A DNA stretch of 64,000 bases from Squalus acanthias (taxonomy: Eukaryota). A model generated the notes under the pieces. That model made no database searches, had not been told where the DNA came from, and saw only the letters and a list, made by a program, of their open reading frames with translations. A program made the translations under genes and the position numbers. The stretch is from contig CM059432.1 of the NCBI GenBank assembly GCA_030390025.1, positions 19,098,001 to 19,162,000 of the forward strand, given 5' to 3'. Below are positions 51,290 through 64,000 of this stretch, piece after piece. Position 1 is the first letter of the stretch. Each line of letters begins with the position of its first letter.

Positions 51290-51650
51290 AGCCAGACTTC
51301 CTCTGGCTAAGCACTGGCAAGACCCAAGTGATCCTGTTTGATTCTTGGGGGAAACTCCCGCACCCACACTCCTGATTCCAAATTGCCCCTTGGCTGCTCC
51401 CTCAAGCTGAGCCCAACAGTGCACAGCTTTGGTGTCCTGCATGACCAGCTCTGTGTTTCGAACCTCACACAGTCCATCACAGTCCATCACCAAGACAGCC
51501 TATTTTAACCTCTGAAATGTCCATCACCTCTATCACCCTTACTGTGTTGAAACATCCAGGGTCAACTTTTCCAACATCTCCCTAATGGACCTCCTGAGCT
51601 CCACCCCTATATAAGCTCCAACTCATTCACAATTCTGCCACCCCCCCCAT
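51290..51650 (+). mobile_element. Old L2-like fragment
   Basis: Degenerate L2-like sequence (tggatgagcc...aagctccaactcattcacaattctgcc). Confidence 0.45.
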
Positions 51651-51661
51651 GCTAGAGAAGA

Positions 51662-52495
51662 AGCATAGAATCACAGAATCTTACACCGCAGAAGGCGGCC
51701 ATTCGGCCCATCACGTCTGTGCCGGCTCTTTGAAAGAGCTGTCCAATTTAGTCCCACAGCCCAGCTTTTTCCCAGTAACCCTGCAAATTAGTCCTCTTCA
51801 AATACATGTCCAATTGCCTTTTAAAAGTTTCTATTGAATCTGATTCCAACACCCTTTCAGGTAATGCGTTCCAGATCTTAAAAATCCTCTCTGTGAAGAC
51901 ATTTCTCCTACATTTCCCCTCTAGTGCTATTGCCAATTATTTTTAATATATGACCTCTGGTATACCGACCCACTTGTCAGAGGAAATAGTTTATCCATAC
52001 TTGCTCTATCAAAACTCCTCATAATTTTGTATACCTCTATTAGGTCGCCCCTTAACCTTATCTGTTCTAAGGAGAAAATCCCAGAATCTCCAATCTCTCC
52101 ACATAACTGAACTCCCTCATCCCTGGTATCACTCTGGTAAACTTCCTCTGTACCTTCTCCAAGGCCTTCACACCCTTCCTAAAGTGTGGTGCCCAGAATT
52201 GTACACAATACTCCCGCTGAGACCGAACCAGAGATTTGTAAAGGTTTAGCATGACTTCCTTGCCTTGCCCTGCCACCTTCAAAGATTTGTGAATTTGCAC
52301 CCCCAGGTCCCTCTGCTCTTACACCTCCCCTCCAAATAGTACCATTTAGATTTCACTGCCTCTCCATGTTGTTTCTCCCAAAGTGCATCGCTTCACACTT
52401 GTCCGCATTAAATTGCATCTGCTATGTGTCTGCCCATTTTACCAGTCTGTCTATGTCCTCCTGATGTTTGCTACTATCATGCTCACTATTTATCA
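51662..52495 (-). mobile_element. CR1 3' fragment
   Basis: LYKSLVRSQREYCVQFWAPHFRK and WNALPERVLE. Confidence 0.85.
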
Positions 52496-52499
52496 TCAG

Positions 52500-54881
52500 A
52501 ATCCAGTTTCCCTGAATGAAACCCCAGATCCCCATTGCTCAACACTTCCCCACCTTACCATCCCTATGTCACGGACCATCACAGCATCTTTTTGGCCACA
52601 ATGCTGAAATGAGAGCCACCACAAAACAAACATTCCAAATTTATAAATCAATCAATCCAAAACATAACAAAGACAACTAATCACCCTTGTGCAATCCCTT
52701 AGTGCCTGTCTTGCGTGTGCCTTTGCCTACTCTAGTGCTCCTACGAAGTGTTACCCCAGTGGCTACAGCATGGCTGGCGGAAGGCTGCTGACTTTCAGTG
52801 GGTGAGACTGCAGATGACCTTGCAGGACGACCTCGAGCAGCTCCGGGCTTAACAGGTCCAGATGTGAACTCCAGCACCTTGGCATGGGTGGCAGCAATCT
52901 GGGCTGGCTGGCTGACAGGCAACAGCAAGGGCACTGGCGGAGTGGCAGTGGTGGGAGGATGAATGCTGTCATCCTGAGAAAGGAAAGCTGGTTCGTGCTC
53001 TACGGAGCCACTGCCACTCCTCCGGGGCAGCACCTCAGCAATCCTAGTAATCTGTTGGAGGACAGACTGCTGGACTGCTGTGATACCCTGCAAACCCCTT
53101 TCAACATGCTGGCAGTAGTCTGAGCTTGTGTGGCAGCAAGCTGAGACTGTAGGAGAGCAGCCTGAGCCTGCTAAGCTTCCACTGCCACACTCATACGTTG
53201 GGCCGCTTCCCTTGTGCTGCAATTGAAGCTGAAACATCGCCCATCAGGCCCTACATCATGGTTGGGTCCACAAGTACGCTGATGGAGTTGCCCATCACTT
53301 CCATCTTGGAAATCATGGGCTCCAAGCTCTGTGCAAAGTCCTGTGCAAAATTGGTGCTGGACTCCTCCATGCTCCTTGACAGTGACAACAGGCTCTCATA
53401 ACAACAGGCAGGCCTGCAAATGTACCAAGTATTTCGGTGTGCATGTCCATCAGCCTTCTTCTGTAGGCCACCCCATCAAAGTCCTCATCTGAGTCGTCTG
53501 CAGCAGAATTCGTGTGCGGCCTCGCCCTCTGGGGAGCTGGCACCTGCGTTACCCTTTCCCCCTGCCCTGGCTGCAGGCCACTCATGCCCGGTGACTCACC
53601 ATGTGCAAATCCCCCTCTAAAGTAGGCGCAGTGCCAGTATCTGAGCTGGTGCCTGCGAGTGTGAATTCGAGTGATGGTGTCTCTTCTTCTCCATCACTCT
53701 CCTCTTGCTCTTCCTGCACTGCCTGGCCAGGCTGGAGTTCTGAGGTATCTGAAAGGAGAAAGGCACAAGGACAGGGTTGTGGCGAGGCGAGGGGTTGAAA
53801 GCAAGATGTGCATGTTTACACCACCAGCAGCTTGAGCTTGTAAGTGAGAAGAGATTGTGGGATGAGGGGGAAGTAGTATGTGAGAAGTAGGATTAAATAT
53901 GAGCATACTATCACCTTCAATGGTTCCAGCCTCGCTGCTCGCCACGGCCTCAGTGACGACCCCTCCAATGATGTCGAGCACCATCTCCTCCAACTGGGAA
54001 AGGATATGCAGGCTTGCCCATCCCCTGCCGGTTAGCTGCTGCTACCTGCAGTTAAGAGAGAGGGAAGTGTGTCAGTGAGTGTAGTGCAATGTGTTTGGCT
54101 GATGTGTCTGTCATAGTTGAATGGCTGGCAGTGTGTGCAAGGTGTGAGATGTGGGCTTGAGGCCTGCAGCAGTGATAAGTGTGTGAGGGTGAGGTGAAGC
54201 TATAAATGTGAGGTATGAGTCATAGTTGATAGAGATTGCTGGTAGGTGAGTGATGGGGTTGTGGTGCATTGAGCAATATGTGAGGCTAGTGGTGCAGTTG
54301 GTGAGCGACGGCATTTGAAGATGCATTCACTGATCTTGACCACTCGTGTGAGGTCATTGAACTTCTTTTGCCACTGTATCCAGGTCCTCGGGGCAACACT
54401 GCTGGCATTGACCATGTGGGCTATCTGCTCCCACTGCCTTCACTGTGTGTGTCTGGAGGATCTTCTGGCCCCCTGCGGGTAGAGGACATATCCTCTCCAT
54501 TCCACCCCCTGCACTAACACCTCTAGTGCTGTGTCCGAGAACCCTTTCTCTGGCCTGTTGAGCCATTATTCAGTCACATTTGCCTCCACAACCAGTTCCA
54601 GCAGCTGCTGCAAGCAGAATGCACCTCCCTTTTAAGAGGTGCAGACTGCCTTTAAGAAATGGAGGCTAGTTTTAATTGATGCTAGCCTCGCATGAACTTG
54701 GGCTCCTGCTGAGTGTTCAGCCACTCAGCAGCGCATTCAGCGCTCGGCTGAATGCTGCAATCATTGTAATTAGCAGGCAGCACAATGGTCGCGTGCTGCC
54801 TGCATTCCTTTCAACGGGCGTAGACCGATCGCGCATCGTGAACCCCGCGCCCGTTTTCGTGTCCAATCCAATTTCTAGCCC
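52500..54881 (-). mobile_element. Truncated Harbinger element with a spliced Myb/SANT-like gene remnant
   Basis: PRTWIQWQKKFNDLTRVVK at 54335-54400, further exon-like pieces down to 52677 similar to 32734-33084, and a TIR-like end aatttctagccc. Confidence 0.78.
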
Positions 54882-55182
54882 ATGATATTTGGCTGCCCTC
54901 GTCTTTGAAGGTGTGTTTGGATTTTCAGTGTTGGATGGAAAATGTAATTGTTTTTTGGCTTTTTACACAGGTTCATCTGCATTTTCATTCGTGTATTATG
55001 TGCTATTGCTGTATAAGCCTACATTGCAAGGCTTTTATGTAGCACTCTTTTCCTTACAGTCTTGCTAATAACTACAATTTCACTTGCAACAAGCAATATG
55101 CTCAGGACTGGAATTGCTTTGTGGGTTCCAATGGCACTCCATACTTTGCAGGAGAAAGATCACTTCAGGAGGATAGTAGCCA

Positions 55183-55403
55183 TGATGTGGAGATGCCGGT
55201 GTTGGACTGGGGTGGACAAATGTAAGAAGTCGCACAACACCAGCTTATAGTCCAATAGCTTTATTTGAAATCACAAGCTTTCAGAGCGCTGCTCCTTCAT
55301 CAGATGAAGTCGACTTCACCTGACGAAGGAGCAGCGCTCCGAAAGCTTGTGATTTCAAATAAAGCTGTTGGACTATAACCTGGTGTTGTGCGACTTCTCA
55401 CTT
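55183..55403. repeat. Back-to-back Penelope pLTR fragments forming a spacerless palindrome with two hammerhead motifs
   Basis: Arms 55225-55311 and 55312-55398. Hammerhead cores at 55320-55348 (+) and 55275-55303 (-). Confidence 0.85.
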
Positions 55404-55514
55404 CATGAGGAGACATTAAAAGGCAGGTGCATTTCTCTCAGGTGCAACGTATGCATTGTCCTTACCACAGGCTCTATAGTTTACTGGCCTAGACAGTCCA
55501 CACAAGAGGTTATT

Positions 55515-58210
55515 TCACAAATTTAGTGCTCATAGGATTGGGGGTAATACATTAGCGTGGATTGAGGATTGGTTAACGGACAGAAAACAGAGAGTCGGAA
55601 TAAACGGATCATTTTCAGGTTGGCAGACTGTAACTAGTGAAGTACCGCAAGGATCAGTGCTTGGGCCTCAGGGAGTTACAATCAATATCAATGACTTAGA
55701 TGAGGGGACCGATTGTAATGTATTCAAGTTTGCTGACAATACAGTTAGGTGGGAAAGTAAGCTGTGAGGAAGACACAAGGAGGCTGCAAAGGGATATAGA
55801 CTGGTTAAGTAAGTGGGAAAGCACATGACAGCTGGAAAATAATGGGGAGAAGTGTGAAGTTACCCACTTTGGTAGGAAAAATAGGAAAGCAGAATATTTT
55901 TTAAATGGTGCGAGATTGGGAAATGTTGGTGTTCAATGGGACCTGGGTATCCTTGTACACGAATCACAGAAAGTTATCATACAGGTACAGCAAGCAATTA
56001 GGAAAGCAAATGGCATGTTAGCCTTTATTACAAAGGGATTGGAGTATAAGAGTAAAGATATCTTATTACAACTATATAGGGCATCGGTGAGACTACACCT
56101 TGTAAAGTTTCGCAATTATCGCGATTCAAAATAACATAAGAGAAGCAGATTCGTTTGATCAGTTTTATTAAACGAAATGCTGTCCTGATAATAAAGGACA
56201 CAGAAGCCTGTAAAATGGCCACCGAGCATCATGGCAGAAGCTTCCAGAAATACAGTGGGCAGACAAGATGGCGTCGAATAAACATTCAATATAAGATTGG
56301 ATCATACTCGGTAAACATTGATAAAGACAGGATGCAACCTGTTTGCATTTGGAACAATAGCAAAGATATAAGTGCTGGAATCGTTTTCCATGCACAAGTA
56401 AGGACCATTGTACTGGGCAATCGAAGGCCCATCCAGACACATCAATACACAAATACCCCCTCCCGGCTCTACAATGAGAGAGACATCGATGGGTGATTAA
56501 GCAAGTATTCGGGGGCCCCCAAAACCAGTCAGGGAGACGATTCATACACATCCTGGCTGGGTCAACAATGGGGAAAAACATTAACGGATAGTTGGCCAGT
56601 TTCAGGTGCTACCGAAACCCGTTAAAGAGAAGAATCGCCCCATGCTGGGAGTTTTGAGCACCAATATTACACAAACGACAAACATTAAGATTTGAGCAGG
56701 ATATAAGGGAACACAGCACTATAACTATAGTGAACAAATGTCCATCGCTCTCTTGACTCGCTCGATCGCTGGCTGAAGCTCTTCCTTAGGGCTGGACTTT
56801 GCTGACTCTAGACTTTTAGCCGTACTGGTCGATCATTCGAATGTTGGGTGGAGCTCAATCGGAACGAGCCGCCCCGACAAGGGCAAGTAACAGGGTGCAC
56901 CATCCCGAGTGTCGGTAAACGGTGTCTGGACCCGGAGGCCCGAAGAGACGAGACGAGACGAGAAGAAAAGGAGAAGAATCCACGTGCCGCCACGGTCAGT
57001 AAACCCCGACCGCGCCCGAAAATATAAATAAAGAACTTTTCATTGAAGTCTACCGACAACCGGTGTCGAGCACAGGAAGACTCTTCTTTGAACTGTGTCC
57101 GAGGTCCGTCGAGTTCTTCATGACAACAGGGAGTCTGGCCTGCTTGTCGCAGCAGCGAAAATAAACAAGTGGGGTACAGAGACCCTTCCAAACACGTGAC
57201 AGTCAGGCGCTGCAGCGAAACGAGCCGAGTGCCTCACTTTAAAAATTCTCCGAAGTAACACGAGTGGTGAGCATGATTTCCGATCCTACAAATCTAGACA
57301 TTATTAAGGGAGGGTGTTTTAATAAGGTTAAGATATAATGTGTTCCCCTTTCTACGATGTGCCGTGTGTTCTCCATTTCCACAGACCAAGCTTTATGAAT
57401 GCATGTATACTTGTACTCTCGTTAATTTGCGCCTATGACATGTACTTCATGATTTTGGACGCTATGCAATAAAGATTTCCATTTCGCACTATTCAACCGA
57501 GTCTATTTGAGTTTTCTCTGCATTACTGCTCCCTGCACCGAAGTCCAGTGTTAGAACCATAAGGGCGAGTGGGTCGAACCACTCACAGGTGCTTATTGCA
57601 AAAAAGCTAGCCGGAGACCAGAGCAAGCAATAGTATTAGGCAACGAAGGCCTAACCTCGCACCAGCACCGTCTGAGACACGCAACCCTTACAACCTGGAG
57701 TATTGTGTACAGTTCTGGACTCCTTACCTAAGGAAGAATATACTTGCCATAGAGCGAGTACAACGAAGGTTCACTAGACTGATTCCTGGGATGAAGGGAT
57801 TGTCCTAGAGTTTAGAAGAATGAAAGGTGATCTCATTAAAACATAAAATTCTTAAGGGGCTTGACAGGGTAGATGCTGGGAGGATGTTTCTCCCTGGCTG
57901 GGGAGTCTAGAACCAGGGGTCACAGTCTCAGAATAAGAGGGTCAGCCATGCAGGATTGAGATGAGGAGAAATTTCTTCACTCAGAGGGTGGTGAATCTTT
58001 GGAACTCTCTAGCCCAGAGGGCTGTGGAGGCTCAGTCGTTAAGTATATTCAAGATAGAGATCGATAGATTTTTGAATATTAAGGGAATCAAGGGATATGG
58101 GGATAGTGCGGGAAGGTAGAGATGAGGTAGAAGATCAGCCATGATCTTATTGAATGGCGGAGCAGGCTCAAGGGGCCAAATGGCCTAATCCTGCTCCTAT
58201 TTCTTATGTC
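55515..58210 (+). mobile_element. CR1 LINE RT, decayed, split by a solo LTR
   Basis: VRLHL at 56100 resumes as LEYCVQFW after 57692; 3' UTR present. Confidence 0.88.
56101..57692 (+). mobile_element. Solo LTR (1592 bp)
   Basis: tgtaa...ttaca ends, TSD acct, TATA-like near 56701, AATAAA near 57468. Confidence 0.88.
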
Positions 58211-58822
58211 CTTCCTGGGCATGTCAGAGGAGACTGGTCTTCAGAGTCTCCATAAAAGAAGCTATACCTTCTCCTGGAGGCTGACCTACAGCCAACTTGT
58301 ACCAGACAGCTCACCTTGTGGGTGTGAAGGTCACTTCTACATTAAACATCTACACCAAGATCCATCTCTTTGATCAAGCTTTTAGTCATCCCTCCTAATC
58401 TTTCACTTCCTAGATTGATGTCTGTTTTCACAATGGCTATTAAGTAACCACTTTGGGATGTTTCTTTATGTTAAATATGTAATGATAATGCAAGTTGTTG
58501 TTGCCTTCTCCTGCTTATGTGCTCACTTGCTACAAGTATTGTACAGATTGTTGAGACTGCTCATCGCATCTTGACAGGCATGGTGTATTGTGCATTCCAA
58601 GGAGGGCACTCTGAGTTCCAAGCAGTGCCTCATACCCATCTCAAACAGAGGCCGGTTGCTGCTCCATCACAGCCATACATTTTATGCCTTCAAATTGGGT
58701 TTCTTTTCCTAGCAATTGTCCTCTCCACCAGGCTATCCTTGGCAAACTTTGACAAATAGTTTAAAACCACTTTGGGCCTTTATAAAAGCTAAACAATATT
58801 TTCCTTCATATGCAGACACTTA

Positions 58823-59703
58823 GGGCTGGATTTTCAATGACCCGTGGAGTCGGGTTTGGAGGCGTGTGGGGGGTTAAAGTTGCAGATTCGTGGGTCCCGA
58901 CCCCATCCTGACTCCATTCCGCCTCCACGCAATTTTGACAAAATCGGTCGCAGGGTTCCCAACTCCTTCCCGCCTCCAAGAGGCGGGAGAGGTCATTAAA
59001 GCCCTTAAGAAGCCCTAAATTGGCTTTGTAATGCCATTTTGAAATGTTTTAGCTAGTTTAACCCTTTTCCGACGTGAAGCATGCCTGATGTGAAACACGC
59101 CAGTGAAACCTGGCGGGAGCACAAGTGGATAGCTGACTATCAGCTGCAGGTCCACTATTACAACGGAGATGTGATGAAGGTAGTAGTAGTATTGTGATGA
59201 AGGTAGTAGTATCAGGTCTGAAAGTCGCCTCTGATACTGCTGCATTGAATGTCTTCAGAGACTGCCTGGGAGGACTTGTCTCTCTCTCTCTCTCTCTCTC
59301 TGAGATGCTGCTCATTTTGCATCCAGGTCCTCTCACAGCAAAGGCCAGGCAATCTCTGTGTACTGTGGGGATTAAAGCAGGGACAGGGTACTGGACTTGG
59401 ATGATCAGCCATGATCGTATTGAATGGTGGAGCAGGCTCGACGGGCCGAATGGCCTACTCCTGCTCCTAGATTCTATGTTTCTATCTCTGAGACCAGGCA
59501 GTCTCTGACCTGCAATGACGACATCATCAGAGGCGACTTTCAGACTGAAACCACTAATTGGTTCATGGGTTCCCACATGCTGGAACTCAATTGCCCAACT
59601 AAGTGAAAATTGCATCAATCTCCCACATCCAATCGCAGGCGGGTGGATAACACAAAATGCGGATGACATGACCCCTTCCCGCCCCAGTATCAAAATCCAG
59701 CCC
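58823..59703. mobile_element. Harbinger-type MITE containing a CR1 tail fragment (~59362-59487)
   Basis: TIR gggctggatttt/aaaatccagccc; high similarity to 48346-49119. Confidence 0.85.
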
Positions 59704-59712
59704 TTTTGAATG

Positions 59713-60785
59713 GTGCCAGCCAAGGCTCAGTGATAGCACTCTCGACTCTGAGTTAGAAGGTTGAAGGTTCAAGTCCCACTCCAAAGTCTTCAGCACAAAA
59801 TCTAGGCTGAACCTTCAGTGCAGTACTGAGGGAGTGCTGCATTGTCGGAGGTGCCGTCTTTTGGAAGAGATGTTTTGGATGAGATGACATTCAACGGCAT
59901 TACCATCGCCGAATCCCCCACCATCAACATCCCGGGTGTCATCTTTGACCAGAAACTTAACTGGACCAGCCACATAAATACTGTGGCAACAAGAGCAGGT
60001 CAGAGGCTGGGTATTTTGCGGCGAGTGTCTCACCTCCTGACTCCCCAAAGCCTTTCCACCATCTACAAGGAGTGTGATGGAATACTCGCCACTTGCCTGG
60101 ATGAGTGCATCTCCAACAACACTCAAGAAGCTCGACACCATCCAGGACAAAGCAGCCTGCTTGATTGGCACCCCATCCACCACCTTAAACATTCACTCAT
60201 TCCACCACCGGTGCACCGTGGCTGCAGTGCGTACCATCTACAAGATGCACTGCAGCAACTCGCCAAGGCTTCTTCGACAGCACCTCCCAAACCCGCAACC
60301 TCTTCCACCTAGAAGGACAAGGGCAGCAGGCGCATGGGAACACCACCACCTCCAAGTCCCCCTCCAAGTCACACACCATCCTGACTTAGAAGTATATCGC
60401 CGATCCTTCATCGTCGCTGGGTCAAAATCCTGGAACTCCCTACCTAACAGCACTGTGGGAGTACCTTCACCACACGGACTGCAGCGGTTCAAGAAGGCGG
60501 CTCACCACCACCTTCTCAAGGGCATCTAGGAATGGGCAATAAATGCTGGCCTTGCCAATGATGCCCACATCCCATAAACGAATAAAAAATAAACCAAGGC
60601 CCTGTCTGCCCTCTCAGGTGGACGTAAAAGATCCCATGGCACTGTTTTGAAGAAGAGCAGGGGAATTCTCCCCCAGGGTCCTGGCCAATATTTATCCCTC
60701 AACCAATAAAACAAATTATCTGGTCATTATCTCATTGCTGTTTGTGGGACCATGCTGTGCACAAATTAGCTGCTGCTTTTCCAGT
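59713..60785 (+). mobile_element. DeuSINE-like SINE split by a LINE insertion
   Basis: tRNA-like head at 59713; the Deu core resumes near 60590 (ggacgtaaaagatcccatggcac). Confidence 0.75.
59883..60590 (+). mobile_element. LINE 3' fragment, same family as 4988-6372
   Basis: Near-identical to 5660-6370. Confidence 0.85.
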
Positions 60786-61009
60786 TTGCAAATCTGCTGC
60801 TAAACTGCACTTTAATCAGTATTCTTACATGACAATCTTTTTTACCTTTCTCATCAATTATAGTGTTATCTACCTTACCAAACTCTCCTTCGAAGTTCCA
60901 CACATTTGAGTAAATTTTTAACTTGCTACCCAGGCAGAAACCTGATACTGTGGATCAGCCGCCTATTATAAATTTCGCTCAATTTTAAACTCCATTCATT
61001 TCAATGGAA

Positions 61010-61555
61010 GCACAGTACTCCAGATGGGATCTGACCAAGGCTCTGTACAACTGAAGCATAACTTCCACCCCTTTGTATTCCAACCCCCTTGAAATAAAAG
61101 CCAACATTACGCTAGCAATTTTTGATTACTTTTTGTACCTGTGCATGAGCTTTTATTGATTTGTGCATCTAGACACAGAAATCCTTTGGTCCTCCACAAT
61201 TTCTAATCTCTCGCCATTAAGAAAATATTCTGATTTGTCTGATCCAAAGTGGATGACCTTGCATTTCCCCACATTGAACTCCATCTGCCACAGATTTGCC
61301 CACTCACTTAACCTGCCTATGTCCCTTTGCAACTTCCTGTTCCCAACTACACACCCCCTTACTGTGCTCCTAACTTAGTGTTATTCACAAACTTCTTCTA
61401 TTCCTTCATCTAAGTCATTGATATGTGTGGTGAAAAGCTGAAGCCTCAGTATAGATCTTAGGGAGCACCACTTGTCATATCATGCCAATCAGAGTACGTT
61501 CCATTTATCCCGACTCTCCGTCTCCTACCTCCCAACCAATTACCAACCTATGTCA
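61010..61555 (-). mobile_element. Old CR1 fragment
   Basis: Degenerate reverse match to the CR1 RT. Confidence 0.65.
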
Positions 61556-62951
61556 CAACTGTTGTGTTTAATAAAGGTTTTGCACTGAAATTTGAAATGG
61601 AAAATTGTATTGGACATGTGGATTGTCGCTCTTCGATCAAAGTTTATTATTGATGGCTAGTGGTAAATTTATGATCTTGGAATTTTTTTTACAGTGCTCT
61701 GTTACGTCTGAAAAAGATGACAGATTTTTATTAGAGGACGATTTGTATCACTGTAATAGTTCAGCTCAAAGGTAGCGGCCTGGTGATTGCACATCTAATT
61801 ATGAAGTTAATCAACTGACTGGTTGAATGGATATTCTCATTAACCTCCTTTTAGTTATCACTGCCAAATGTAAGTAATAACAAGTGACCTTCTTTTCCGC
61901 ACCATCTTCCTAAGCCCTAACTGAATTTCATTATCAGTTTTTGACATTTTGAGATTGGGCATCGGGCCTCATTTAAATCAGACCAGTGAGTTACGTCCCG
62001 AGGCAGCTCGCTGGCGAAGCGGATTAAAATTTCAGGTCACGGTGTCGCCGTGTGGCAGAACACAGTCATGCCCTCCCTTATGTTTGCAGCCTCTGCTCAA
62101 CTGATGTGTGTGATACAGATAGGTATGTGTGATACACGGCGCACCTCTGGTGCAGCATGAACTATCTGGCATTCCACTATTGGTCTTCATTTTCTTCCTC
62201 CAAAAAAAGTAATGAAAAGTAACACTTAGAAACATAGAAGATAGGAGCAGGAGTAGGCCATTCGGCCCTCGAGCCTGCTCCGCCATTCAATGCGATCATG
62301 GCTGATCATCCAAATTCAGTACCCTGTCCCTGCTTTCTCCCCATATCCCTTTTTCCCTTTAGCCTTAAGAAATATATCCAACTCCTTCTTGAATCTATTT
62401 AATGAATTGGCCTCTACTGCCTTCTGTGGCAGAGAATTCCATAGGTTCACCACTCTCTGGGTGAAGAAATTCCTCCTCATTTCTGTCCTAAATGGCTTAC
62501 CCCTTATCCTTAGACTGTGACCCCTGGTTCTGGACTCCCCGACCATCGGGAACATCCTTCCTGCATCTAGTTTGTCCTGTCCTGTCCTGTCCTGTCAGAA
62601 TTTTATAAGTTTCAATGAGATCCCCTCTCATTCTTCGAAACTCTAGCAAATATAAGCCTAATCGACCCAATCTCTCTTCATACGTCATTCCTGCCATCCC
62701 AGGTATCAGTCTGGTGAATCTTCGCTGCACTCCCTCCATGGCAAGAACATCCTTCCTCAGATAAGGCGATCAAAACTGCACACAATACTCAAGGTGTGGT
62801 CTCACCAAGGCCTTGTACAACTGCAGCAAGACATCCTTGCTCCTATACTCGAATCCTCTCGCTATGAAGGCCAACATACCATTTGCCTTCTTAACCGCCT
62901 GCTGCACCTGCATGCTTACCTTCAGCGAATGGTGCACAAGGACTCCCAGAT

Positions 62952-63394
62952 TTCGTTTAGGCACCCTACAGCCCTCTGGACTCAATATCGAGTTCAACAA
63001 TTTTAGATCATAACCTCAGCCCCTATCACAATTATATTTTATTTTTTCATCCACCCTTTTGTTTGACCCCCCCCTTTTTTTTTCCTCCTCGAAGCTGGCA
63101 GGTGTCCTTCATTCTGCCAGTGCATTTCACACTTCATTTAGCCTCAACCTGTCACATTAACACCTCCTCTTGCCTTGATCATCTCTTAATGTCTCTCAAT
63201 GTCTCTTAATCTCTCCTTTTGTTCTTTCATCCCCTCCCCCTTTTCCCAGCTTTATCCTTGCTTTAAATCTATTTCATTTCCTGCTTTTTCCAGTTCTGAT
63301 GAAAGGTCTTCGACCTGAAACGTTAACTCTGTTTCTCTCTCCACGGATGCTGCCTGGCCTGCTGAGTTTTTCCAGCGTTTTCTGATGTTATTTC
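62952..63394 (+). mobile_element. Penelope 3' fragment inserted in CR1
   Basis: 12-bp duplication ggactcccagat at 62940-62951 and 63395-63406; tail similar to 16990-17320 plus 19058-19130. Confidence 0.85.
63296..63324 (+). ncRNA. Minimal hammerhead ribozyme motif
   Basis: CTGATGA-a-aggtc ttc gacct-GAAA-C-GTT with palindromic aacgtt. Confidence 0.7.
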
Positions 63395-64000
63395 GGACTC
63401 CCAGATCTCGTTGCACTTCCCCTTTTCCCAATCTATTCTCATTCAGATAATAATCTGTCTTCCTGTTTTTTGCCACCAAAGTGGATAACCTCGCATTTAT
63501 CCACATTATACTGCATCTGCCATGCATCTGCCCAATCACCCAACCTGTCCAAATCATACTGGAGTTTCTCTGCATCCTCCTCACAGCACACACGCCCACC
63601 CAGGTTTGTGTCATCTGCAAACTTAGAGATATTACATCTAGGTCCCTCGTCTAGATCATTAATATATATTGTGAATAGCTGGGGTCCTAGCACCGATCCC
63701 TGCAGTACCCCACTAGTCACTGCCTGCCACTCAGAAAAAGACCCGTTTATTCCAACTCTTTGCTTCCTGTCTGCCAACCAGTTCTCTATCCAAATCAGTT
63801 TCTTACCCCCAATCCCATGTGCTTTAACTTTGTACGCTAATCTCTTACGCGGGACCTTATCGAAAGCCTTCTGAAAGTCCAAATACACCACATCCACTGG
63901 TTCTCCCTTATCTATTCTACCAGTTACATCCTCAAAAAATTCCAGTAGATTAGTCAGGCATGATTTACCTTTTGTAAATCCATGTTGACTTTGTCGAATC

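Larger units (their letters stand above)
62228..64000 (-). mobile_element. CR1 LINE (runs off the window), same subfamily as 23185-28090
   Basis: YLDFQKAFD, QGSVLGP, FADD and LVRPHLEYCVQF. Confidence 0.92.

Noticed and set aside
1..64000. Numerous short antisense or alternate-frame ORFs; CRISPR-like arrays
   Set aside because: The ORFs shadow transposon coding strands, and no regularly spaced repeat-spacer array was seen.

Overview
Repeat-dense vertebrate genomic DNA, most likely from a cartilaginous fish (inferred from DeuSINE/SacSINE1-like SINEs and abundant CR1, Penelope and Harbinger elements). No host protein-coding gene could be identified. The window is a stack of nested mobile elements: CR1, RTE and L2-type LINE fragments, Penelope-like elements with minimal hammerhead motifs, one near-complete PIF/Harbinger transposon plus many derivatives, and three solo LTRs with 4-bp TSDs. 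The standout is a decayed ~11.7 kb endogenous retrovirus (38299-50002). It has paired LTRs, a tRNA-Lys primer site, gag with a CCHC knuckle, and pol with PR, RT (YVDD), a degenerate RNase H, a second RNase H and IN. Its env resembles an F-type class I fusion protein (lokiretrovirus-like) and also appears to carry an immunoglobulin-like domain. All family assignments come from motif recognition by eye, not from database searches.
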